DNA of 64,000 nucleotides from Octopus sinensis (Eukaryota). The position numbers and the translations under genes were made by a program. The stretch spans positions 34,844,001 to 34,908,000 of the forward strand of contig NC_043015.1 in the NCBI RefSeq assembly GCF_006345805.1, written 5' to 3'. Positions within the stretch are counted from its first letter, which is position 1. Each line of letters begins with the position of its first letter. Below, piece after piece: positions 49,701-61,620 of the stretch. The notes beneath the pieces are model-generated. The model searched no databases, had not been told where the DNA came from, and saw only the letters and a list, made by a program, of their open reading frames with translations.

Positions 49701-52295
49701 TTAAGTAATTTTATTTGACACTGGAATGACAATATGATGAAATGTGCTATATATTGCAAAGAGGGAGAATGGGTTACGGTCCTTTTTAAATAGGAATTTA
49801 GTCATTCACATTGCTCAGTCATAGAATTTATTGGTGTGGGGCTGATCAGGAAATTTAAGTTTAGGTATACATAGTATATAGGAATTATTTAGTTTTAAGA
49901 TGCTGGCATCTTATAATCATTTTATCATGCTGATTAATAATATTCAAATTAATTCTACTAATATGGAGTGCCTCAATATACACAGCCCACAGCAACCACC
50001 ACCACCACCACCTTTATATGGCTGTGCATTACAGGAGATGGATCAAGCAATTTTATATTCAACATTAACAGTTACAATGTACAGATTAGCTAAAGGAGTA
50101 CTACTAACCTCATTTTTGTGTCTAAGTGTAGATCTGTGATTATTCCAGCAAAGTTTGAATGAGGAAGAGGACACTAATATGTACTTTATCAAGTGCAGTA
50201 ACAGAGCACTTACTATTTCTCTTAAGGCATTGGGTATTGATTGGACACAATGATTTATTGTGACACTTGCATAAAGCCAGGTTAGTTTGATTAATGGTAG
50301 GTATAATGGGTCTAGTTCGACTATCATTAGTAGTTCTATTATTAGAATGAGATGCATCAATATGTTAATCAATTGTATTACTTATAGTTATGCAGTTATT
50401 GAGATGACTAAGATCTATTACACGAGTGGTTGGTAGTTATAGTGTTACAAGTTGTAGGATTTAATTTATCAGGGTTAAATCTTGCTATATATTTTGCATG
50501 GTAGAGGAAATCAGTTTAACTGTGTGTCTTTTAAAAATTTTATATATGGGCTGCATATAGGGAACTGTCTGTCTAAAGCTTAGAAAAATTTACCAGTCAT
50601 GCTGAAGAAATATTTCGACTAAAGTTGGAGTTGAACCACAAAAAGCACCTACTTAATCTATTTTTATTTCTAAACTTATTAGCTGTAGTAGGATCTAAAG
50701 CAATTTTGGTTATTATTTGTACATCCTGCATTACTATTGTAATGACTATATTATCTTTTTTTCAAACTATCTTGTTTGGCTACAATTACTGGGTTATTAG
50801 TATTATTTTGAGTAATTTTTTTTACTGTAATAAGTTTTATTTCTCAATTCATAGTTATTTTTATTTTGTTTATGCCTATTGTGCAAAATCATATGATTTA
50901 CATTAGAGATCTTATGCAGTTATATTGAGCATATCTCAAGGGAAGCCCTTATTAATATTATTATAGTCTGACAGTATATATTTGTCATCATCATTTTTGT
51001 TATGATACCTAACGTTATTTAGTTGTGAAATTTAGTACCACTAGAGTTACCAATAGTATTATCACTGCTATCCTTAATGTTTCCAACAGTTGGAATGTGA
51101 TTTTATTTGTTTCAAGTGTCTAAATTTTTACTATTTCCAACAGTATTATTAATGTTATAAGTATTAGTCACAGTAGGGTATCCATCAGATGGTCTCACGT
51201 GATTAGCAGTGGAAGGAAAATAATTGCTATTCAGGAGATATTTTTACTTTATAATTGGCCTTAGCTAGAGCCTCGTTATAGCATTTTGGTTGAGGATATC
51301 CAGATTTTCAGAGAGCATTTACTAAGGAATGTATGACTGGTTTTGGGTAATTTGGAAGTTGTTTAACAATTTAGATGTGGATTTGGTTTATAGAAATACT
51401 TGAAAAGAACTGTACTAAAATCTAAAGTAGCATGGCGGATGTTGACTACTTTACAGTTGTTAATTATTAAAGTTTCTCGTTCTTTTTCTTAGTTTTCTCA
51501 TAGCTCGCATTACGAGAATTTCATATAATGACCAAAGCATCTTTCCTCGAAAGATTGCCTTCTTGGTCCAGAAGTTCATCTTTAATCCTTTATTTCTTCA
51601 GACCAGCTGTATCTGACTGAAATAACCTTTCCTTTATTTCTTCAGACCAGCTGTATCTGACTGAAATAATTTCTCCTTTATTTGTTCAAATTGGTTACAA
51701 CCATCTATAAATGGCTTCTCTACAAAATTGCTAAAAAAATAAACAAATCGTGTTATTGAATTCTTGTAGCTTTGAGATAACATGAGATAAAGCCTTTCCT
51801 GCCTAAATACAAGTATAAATACGGAAAATTTTTTGAGACCTGTTTTTTTTTTCAACATTGGAAGTGTAGCAATTTTGCCTTTGAAGTTTTTATACTTGAT
51901 GTTTTTATATATCATATATCATATATTAGCACTTTCATCCATTCTAGCGGAGTTTTCAAATTGAACTAAGTTCTTGGGAAAAATTTGACTATTTTTATAG
52001 TGTTATTGAGATGTGTAGTGGTGGTAAGAGATATAAAATAGCACAAGAGGGTGATGAATGGGGAGAAAGTGAGGCTGGTCAGGCTGTTTACTCCAAAGGG
52101 ATGCAAAATGTCACTTTTCCAAAAATTGTCTGGATTTCCTTTTTATCATTGTCTTGTGAGAGAGTGTGTGTGTGTGTGTGTGTGGATGTCTGCATATCTG
52201 AAAGGAATGTTAAATGTAAAAAAAAAAGTGTTTAAATTTTTACAACTGTAAATGATTTTTGGCTTTTAGAAATTGGCCACTTCAAGGGGTGTAAA

Positions 52296-52323
52296 ATGTC
52301 ACATATATATATGTATGTATCTA

Positions 52324-52355
<32 letters not shown>

Positions 52356-52359
52356 CATG

Positions 52360-52402
<43 letters not shown>

Positions 52403-52770
52403 GTGTGTATATATGTATGTATGTGTGTATATATGTATGTATGTGTGTATATATGTATGTATGTATGTATGTGTGTATGTATGTATGTGTGTATATATGT
52501 ATGTATGTGTGTATATATATGTATGTGTGTATATGTATGTATGTGTGTATATATGTGTGTATGTATGTGTGTGTATATATATATATGTATGTGTGTGTAT
52601 ATGTATGTGTGTGTCTATATATGTATGTGTGTATATTTGTATGTATGTGTGTGTATATATATATGTATGTATGTGTGTGTATATTTGTATGTATGTGTGT
52701 GTATATATATATGTATGTATGTGTGTGTATATATATATGCATGTATGTTTGTGTACATATATATATATCT
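52296..52770. repeat. Compound (TATG/TG/TA)n tract
   Basis: Read directly; source of the MYVCIY/HTYI ORFs. Confidence 0.95.
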
Positions 52771-55205
52771 TCATTATCGTTTAACGTCCGCTTTCCATGC
52801 TAGCATGGGTTGGACAGTTCAACTGGGGTCTAGGAAGCCAGAAGGCTGCACCAGGCCCAGTTTGATCTGGCAGTGTTTCTACAGCTGGATGCCCTTCCTA
52901 ACGCCAACCACTCCGTGAGTGTAGTGGGTGCTTTTTACGTGTCACCAGCACAGGTGCCAGACGAGGCTGGCAACGGCCACGATTGGATGGTGCTTTTTAT
53001 GTTCCACCAGCATGGAGGCCAGACGGCGGCGGCCCTGGCAATGGCCACGTTCAGTTGGTTCTCTTACGTGCCTCCAGCACTGGTATCACAACTACAATTT
53101 CCATTGATTTTGATCGATTTCGATTTCACATGCCTCAACAGGTCTTCGCGAGTAGAGTTTTGTGTCCCAAGAAGGAAAGGTATGCATAAGTGGACTGGCT
53201 GCATCCCAGGTAGAGGCCATGGGTTATGGTCTCACTTGTCCTGCCGGGTCTTCTCACGCACAGCATACTTCCAAAGGTCTCGGTCGTGCTTCATCAACTC
53301 GTCCCAGGTTTTCCTGGGTCTACCTCTTCCACAGGTTCCCTCAACTGCTAGGGTGTGGCACTTTTTCACACAACTATCTTCATCCATTCTCACCACATGA
53401 CCATACCAGCGCAAACGTCTCTCTTGCACACCACAACTGATGCTTCTTAGGTCCAACTTTTCTCTCAAGGTACTTACACTCTGTCGAATATGAACACTGA
53501 CATTACACATCCATCGGAGCATACTGGCTTCATTTCTTGCTAGCTTACGCATATCCTCAGCAGTCACAGCCCATGTTTCACTGCCATGTAGCATGGCTGT
53601 TCGGACACATGCGTCATACAGTCTGCCTTTTACTCTGAGCGAGAGGCCTTTTGTCACCAGCAGAGGTAAGAACTCTCTGAATTTTGCCCAGGCTATTCTT
53701 ACTCTAGCAGTTACACTTTCAGCACACCTGCCCCCGCTACTGACTTGGTCACCTAGGTAACGGAAGCTATCAACTACTTCTAGTTTTTCTCCCTGGAATG
53801 TGGCGGAAGTTGGTTTCTGCGCATTTTCAGTGTTTATTGCTCCTGAGCATCTGCCACATACAAAAACTATCTTCCTAGTTAGCCTTCCTCTGACATTGCT
53901 GCACCTCTTATGTGTCCATAGCTTACACTTGGTGCATCTTATAGAGTTTCTACCTACGCCTTTTCTAATGATCAAGCAAGGCCATCTACCTGAAGGCATT
54001 TGTGATTTGTCTACCTTCCTACTTATTAGGACTTTGGTTTTAGCTAGGTTGACTCTAAGGCCCTTCGATTCTAATCCTTGCTTCCACACCTGGAACTTCT
54101 CCTCCAGTTCTGATAGTGACTCAGCAATTAGAGCAAGGTCATCAGCATAGAGGAGCTCCCAGGGGCATCCTGTCTTGAATTCCTCTTTTATTGCCTGGAG
54201 GACTATGATAAATAGGAGGGGGCTGAGAACTGAACCTTGGTGTACCCTTACCTCTACCCAGAATTCTTCACTGTACTCGTTGCTAACCCTCACCTTACTA
54301 ACAGTGTCCCTGTACATGGTTCACACTAACCATTCATCTATCCCTAGTTTCCTCATTGACCACCAGATAAGGGATCGGCGGACCCTGTCAAAGGCTTTCT
54401 CCATATCAATGAAAGCCAGGTACAGAGGTTTATCTTTGGCTAGGTATTTCTCCTGCAGCTGTCTTACCAGGAATATAGCATCAGTGGTACTTTTCCCTGG
54501 CACGAACCCAAACTGCATCTCATCTAAACTAACTCTCTCTCTGATTAGTTGGGCTATGACCCTCTCCGTGACCTTCATTACTTGATCCAGCAACTTGATA
54601 CCTCTGTAATTATTTGTATCTAGAGCGTCACCTTTACCTTTGTAGCAGTTGACTATTATGCTGCTACACCAGTCATTGGGTATGACTCCTTTGTGCATCA
54701 CCTGGTTAACTATACGGGTGACTAGGCTATAGCCGACACTGCCAGGTATTTTGAGCATCTTTGCAGTGATTCCTGATGGGCCGGGGGCTTTCCCTGCCTT
54801 CATACTCTTGATTGCATTAACTACCAAGGTACTGTCAATTCGGATAGCTGGTCCCTCTGTTGGGTCGGCATTCAGCAAACTCTCTTTCTCCCATTCATTC
54901 TCTTTATTGAGTAACCTTTCATAGTGGCATCTCCAAACCTCTCTCTTTGCAGCCTCATTTAGTGCAAGTGAACCATCATTCATGCAGACACATTTCTCTC
55001 CTATGACATCACAATTCTTTCTCACGTACTGTCTTGCAACATGAAATACTTCAAGTCTTTAGTCCTCACGGCACAGAACATTGGCAAATTTTTTCTTATC
55101 TGCTTCCCCTTTGGCTAAATAAACCTGTCTCCTAGCTTCCCTTCTGGCAGTCTGATACAATTCCCTGCTACCTCCGTTCTTCCAGTCCCTCCAAGCCTGT
55201 TTCTT
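52770..55205 (-). mobile_element. 5'-truncated RTE LINE: RT ORF (55025-53232) broken by one in-frame TGA at 54321-54323, plus 3' UTR
   Basis: YKGKGD, YRGIKLL, QFGFVPGKST, FIDMEKAFDRV, VHQGSVLSPLLF, LLYADDL, YLGD, RLRWYGHV, GRGRPRKTW. Confidence 0.96.
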
Positions 55206-55830
55206 TTGTCAAAATCATCATCATCAACCCATGTCTGTTTTCTATCCTGGCATGGGTTGGACAGTTTGGCAGGAGCTAGCCAACTGAAGAACTGCCAGGA
55301 TAGCATGTCTCTTTTGGCATGGTTCCTACAGCTGGACGAGGCCCTTCCGAATGCCAACCACTTTACAGAGTGTGGACTGGGTGCTTTTACACAGCACTGA
55401 CGCAGCTGCTTTTATGTGGCTCCAGTGACTCATGAGACATAAATGTATATAAGAAAAAAAGATGACACAGGAAGAACAATGGCTGTGTTATGAACTTCAT
55501 TAGCTTACTGCTATTTCTACTATAAGATGTAGTGGACTCATAGTTGAGTGCCTGAATAACATCCAGTAGCTTCATCAAAGCCTGAAATATGAGTGCAATT
55601 TATTTGGGGAAAAAAAAAGAATTACATTTGTACAATATACAGGCAAGGCCTTACAAGTGAGAAAATCATTAGTAATGTATATAAAGAGGTGCATGTCCAA
55701 GAGGCTATTAGATTTACTAGTCGGAAAATTTATGTATATTTACGCACATGCAATCACACATACTCTCAAAAAGTGCACCCACACACACAACACACAGAGG
55801 CACTTACACCTACTCAGACATGAGTATATA

Positions 55831-56047
55831 TGAAGTGGTGCTAAAAAGTTGCTGGCTTTAAGAGTATCGTGAAAGACCTGGTTGGAGACCCAACATTCTG
55901 AGTTCTTTTACAGGGTTTAGAAAAACTGAAGAACCACTTCAATAGGTATGTGAATCTGAGAGGAGAATATGTTGAATAAAATCATAATTAACTGATACTC
56001 ATGTATTTTCTTTTACCCAAAGTCAGAAACTTTTCAGCACCCCTTCA
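55831..56047. mobile_element. Mariner-type MITE
   Basis: 27-bp imperfect TIRs (TGAAG.GGTGCT.AAAAGTT.CTG.CT) with TA flanks. Confidence 0.8.
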
Positions 56048-57222
56048 TATACATCTATATATATACATCTATATATACATCTATATATATATATATATAC
56101 ACACATATATATGAAATACATATCCATAGACATACATACACATACAGACAAAAAGAAAATAGGGGACAGAGACTGACCTACACGTGCTCAGACCTATTCA
56201 TATGTATATACCTACACTCCACACACACATGTATGCATACATTCATACACACACATTTATATATACATATACATGCATGCACACACACACATCATCATTA
56301 TTTAACGTTCGTTTTCCATGCTGGCATGTGTTGGACGGTTTGACTGAGGTCAGGAGAGCCAGCAGCTGCATCAGGCTCCAATCTTTGTTTCTACAGCTGG
56401 ATGCTCTTCCTATTGCCAACCACTCCAAGAGTTTAATGGGTGCTTTTACATTCTACCAGTATGGGTGCCATTTGCGGGACACCAGTACCTTCCACAACTG
56501 CAATTTCACTTCAATTTCACTTGGCTATTCATCATCATCATCATTTAATGTAGTTTTTCCATGCTGGCATGGGTTGGATGGTTTGACCAGGACTGGTAAG
56601 CTGAGGGGCTGCACCAGATTCCAGTCTGATTTGGTACGGTTTCTACAACTGTTTGCCCTTAATGCCAACCACTTTACAGAGTATACTGGGTGCTTTTATA
56701 TGTTGCCAACACAATTTACTTAACCTTTATCATTGTTTTAATGCCCACTTTTCCATGCTTGCATAACTCAGTTGGAGTTTATTGATACAGAATTGTTTGG
56801 TGGCCAGACGCCCTAATGGCCTTCCTGTCACCAACCCCTGCCTGGTTCCAAGCAAAGTACTACTTTCCCACGATCAAGCATGTTTCCATGTTAAAGTGGA
56901 AATATAGGACACTGTATGACAGAAACACTCATCTACAACTATCACATGACAAGATGAGGAGAGACAAACACAGACAAATATAAATCACACACATACACGC
57001 ACAACAGGCTTCTTTCAGTTTCTATCTATCAAATCCACTCACAAGGCTTAGGTTGGCCTGGAGCTACAGTAGAAGACACTTGACCAAGGTGCCACACTGT
57101 GGCATATATATACACATCTATCAGGTAATTATGAATGAAATGTCCAATTTTCTTATGCATCAAGTTTGACAGACATTAACTTTAATGTTTTATTCTGACA
57201 ATTCTTTGTTTTATAACTTTAA

Positions 57223-57441
57223 CCCTTTAGTATTTAAACCGGCCATATCCGGCCAAAATAGCTAATCTGTTTTATGTTCAAACTGACCAGATCCAGGCTC
57301 TCACACCTACCCTACAATGTTATTCTACATTAAGTAATTACACCATCAAGATCTTGAAGATATGAGATAATGCATGATTAATTCAAATCAATGGGAATCA
57401 ATAAGCATTATGTTTGATAGAATAATCTGAACACTAAAGGG
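57223..57441. mobile_element. piggyBac-type MITE, complete
   Basis: TTAA|CCCTTTAG...CTAAAGGG|TTAA. Confidence 0.85.
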
Positions 57442-57626
57442 TTAAAGAGTTACATCATCTTTTTGAAATGCAATTCAAGGTGTCTGATTATATTATGAGT
57501 TTTCTTTTGTAAATCAATTTTTGTGAACCCAGGGATAGATAAAAAATTTGTGTTGTTTATGAATATGAGATTTGTCAGGAACTTTTCAGCACCCCTTCAT
57601 ATACATCTATATACATCTATATATAT

Positions 57627-57676
<50 letters not shown>

Positions 57677-57830
57677 TATGAAATCCATATCCATAGACAT
57701 ACATACACATACAGACAAAAAGAAAATAGGAGACAGAGACTGACCTACACGTGCTCAGACCTATTCATATGTATATACCTACACTCCACACACACATGTA
57801 TGCATACATTCATACACATTTATATATACA

Positions 57831-59487
57831 CTAGCAGAGGTACCCGGCATTACCTGTATTACATGCAATTGAAGAATTAGACTTTTCCGTTATATTTTCT
57901 GTAATGAAGTGGAATACCTGTTTCGAATTTCATCAAAATTGCAGATGCGGGTTCTTTCCTTCTTTACACACCCTAAAAAAATCGTAATCATAACACATGT
58001 ATCCCATACTACTGATTTTTATACGCATATTCCAAAATTCCAGTCTTATAGAACCTGTTAAAAGGATTTTGCACCTGAAAAATGGTCATGAAGCTCTAAA
58101 CTGTGAGAGTTAAGGCCCCTATTGGGGGGCATCTTAATGTCAACCAGAGAAGTTGAATTGTTGAGAATCTTTTTAACTTGAGTCTTATATCTATTGTTTG
58201 AATTTCTTTGAAAGTATATATTCACTGGGTTTGCAAAAGAGAGCAAAGCTACAGGAAACCAAAAGATGAATGATCACAATAAGCAGTCAGTTACCCTACC
58301 CTAGTCGTTACCACTCCCAATGTAGGATTCCTCACCATCCAGGTGACAGGCACAGCCGTAAGATGCATTACGAATCTATAGCAATTGGAAGGGCGTGACC
58401 CAACTGAAATAAACATTAACAACTGTGTGACATGAGAGCTAAGGAGAAATGACAGTGTCACCTCTGGAGTTTGCAAATGACCACTATACTGATACGTAAC
58501 TGGACAGAATAAATTTACAATCTATAAATGTCTTCGAATAACTAGTCACTCATCTGGGAAGGCCTTGAAATCAAAGTTACCATCTGGGGACTATGTGTGA
58601 CCCAGTGATAATAAAAAGACTGAAAGGAGGTCTGCAACCAAATAACTTTACAACTGAATCAGTGGAGACAAAGATGCCTCTCATTTACTTGACAATTTAT
58701 GCACCACATTGCAGAAATCACAATCTAAGTATATGCTAAAGCAAACTCTTACACTGCTGTACCATTGAATTACAAATAATGCTCATCTTCTATGCTCGGG
58801 TGACCCTACAGCTTCCAAGAGTACAACTGTATCCGTCTTTGCTTAGATAAAATGACAAAATTGTGGGTGTTAAGTCCCCATTGAGGGGTCTTTCTAACTT
58901 GTAAGAAGAAAATTTTATAAATATTACTTCATTTGTATCTAATATCTATGGTTAAAATTTCATCAACAGCAAAAATATAGGAATTGTCATGGGGGTTATG
59001 GCCCTAATGCATAGAATATAATTTCCAAATTTCGCAAAGATCCATTCAATACTTTTGACCTAGTTTTGGATCATAAAAGAAATTACTAAAATTTGGGAGT
59101 TAAGGCCCCCATTAGGGTGTCTTACAATCCTCATGTGAAGTGGAAACTTTGAGAATACTTCTTGATGTGTCAATTACCCATGGATGAAATTTCATCAACA
59201 TCAAAAATTTATGAATTTTCATGGGGGTTCTACCTCCTTTAAGCCATCTGAAATTCAAACCAAACATATTGCATTATACCCGGCCTTATGCATTGAATCT
59301 AAGTTTCAAATATCATAAGGATCCATTCAGTAATTTTGGTCCATGAAATTGTCTGAAACTCACAGCATTACCCTTCTCCCAATGCTTGGATTTTGTGTTC
59401 CAAATTTCATTATGATCGGTGCAGCAGTTTTCGAATGTATAAATAACACACGAACACACATAAAGACATTGACTTTGATATAATAGA
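57831..59487 (-). mobile_element. Non-autonomous Helitron with internal imperfect repeats and LINE-like cargo; a separate 5'-end fragment at about 60420-60672
   Basis: A|CTAGCAG..CCCGGC at one end and ...TAATAGA|T at the other; GTTAAG.CCCC.ATT..GG motif at about 58107, 58869 and 59100. Confidence 0.6.
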
Positions 59488-60002
59488 TATGAATATGCAC
59501 ATATACATACATATATATGTATGTGTGTGTATTATATCTATACACACACACAAAAAGATAAATTGATAGATACAACTGAGTGGGCAAAGAAAAATATGAA
59601 ACACTGCCTAGTGCTTCTTTTTTTTTTTTTTTTTTGATAAGCCTGGTACTTATTCTGTCAGTGTCTTCTTGTGAAACCAGTAAGTTATGGGGATGTAAAT
59701 AAACGAACAACAGATGTGAAGCAGTGATGAGGGAGAAACACAAAGACACACACATAGACTTATATATATACATACATATATATACGATTGATTTCTTTCA
59801 GTTTCTGTCTACAAAATCCACTGACAAGGCTTTGGTTGATCTGAGGCTATAGCAGAAGACACATGCCAAGTCCATGGACCTTATGTTTTGTAACCAAGTT
59901 TGTTACCACACAGCCACACCTGCACCTATGTATATGTGTGTATATGTATGTATGTATATATGTGTATATATCTGTGTACATATTACACGTACATCTATAC
60001 AT

Positions 60003-60041
<39 letters not shown>

Positions 60042-60909
60042 TACATATATACATATATATATACATATATATATATATACATATATACATATACATGTAT
60101 ATATATATATATATATATATTCCCTTTGCAAATACTGATAGGACACAGAAAGTGTGTCTATGGCCAGCTGGAGGAGTGTGTCCTCCTGGGGCTAAAAACT
60201 ACAGTAGCATCCACCCTTAGGGGTTAGCCATATTGAAATGGCAAAAATACGTCACTATATATATATATACATGTAAATTTAAGATAATAAGGGTGAAAAA
60301 TTGAATATTAATTTGAGTAATTTCTACTGTGGACTTACAATTCCTTTGTTAATGGTAAGACCATAGCAGATCTTCTAGCATAATGGATGTCCACATACAG
60401 GTCATCCATCTTATAGTTTCAGTATTAAAGTGAAAGTATCTGACATTACAATAGAGAGATGTTATTGTTTCACTTTTGACACGTAATACTGAAATAGTGG
60501 AGAAGATATTGCTGTGGGCTCGCACTAGGCAAGAAGTTAAAAAACATTTTTGGCCTATGACACTACATGGACCCTAAGTAAGGCATGTTTAAAATTTGAA
60601 TGAAATTGGTTGTGTAGTCCTCAAGTTTTAGGGATTCACACAGACACACATTCTCATCTTTATATATATAGATATAAATGCACACACACACACATCATCA
60701 TCATTGTTTAATGTTCTTTTTCCATGCCGGCACCCTATAAAAACACTCAGTATACTCTGTAAAGTGGTTGGCATTAAGGGCATACAGCTGTAGAAACCAT
60801 GCCAAATCAGACTGGAGTCTGGTGCAGCCCCTCAGCTTACCAGTCCTGATCAAGCCATCCAACCCATGCTGGCATGGAAAATGAACATTAAATGATGATG
60901 ATGATGAAT

Positions 60910-61620
60910 AGCCAGATGAAACCAGTGCATCCCAAACAGCTCAAAACATCAATGAGGTGCTTGGTGAAGATGTAGTGAATGAGTGGACTGTACATTGATG
61001 GTTTAAGAAGTTCTGGTCTGGTGACTTTACTCTTAAAAATCAGCCCCACGGTAGACCTGAGACCAAGGTGGATAATGATGAGCTGGAAACTGCAGTGGAA
61101 GCAGATGCATCTCAAACTATGTGTGAGTTAGCAGCAAGGTTTGATGTTTCGATTCCAACTGTATTGGATGATCTCAAACACATCGGCAAGGTAAAGAAGC
61201 TGGACAAGTGGGTACCACACAAACTGAGCAAGCATCAAATGATACACTATCTTGAAACTTGCTGTTCTTCACTGTCAAGGCCTAAAAGCAAACCATTTTT
61301 GCATCGTATTGTTATATGTGATGGAAAATGGATTCTTTACAACAATAGCAAATGTTCTGCATGGTGGTTGGATAGAGACAAAGTGCCAAAACACAATCCA
61401 AAATAGAATATTCATAAAAAAAAGTTAATGGTGTTTGTTTGATGGTCCAGCATTGGTGTCATCCACTACAGCTTCATGAGACCTGGTAATTCATTTACAG
61501 CAGATGTATACATCAACCAACTGGATGAAATGATGAATGAAGTTGCATTTAAACAACTGAAATTGGTCAGCAGAGACAGGCCAATGCTGTTGCAAGACAA
61601 TGCTCGACAACATGTTGTCC
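60910..61620 (+). mobile_element. Degenerate mariner transposase (Hsmar1/cecropia-like)
   Basis: KWVPHKL, FLHRIVICDGKWILYNN, LLQDNARQHV; stops present. Confidence 0.9.
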
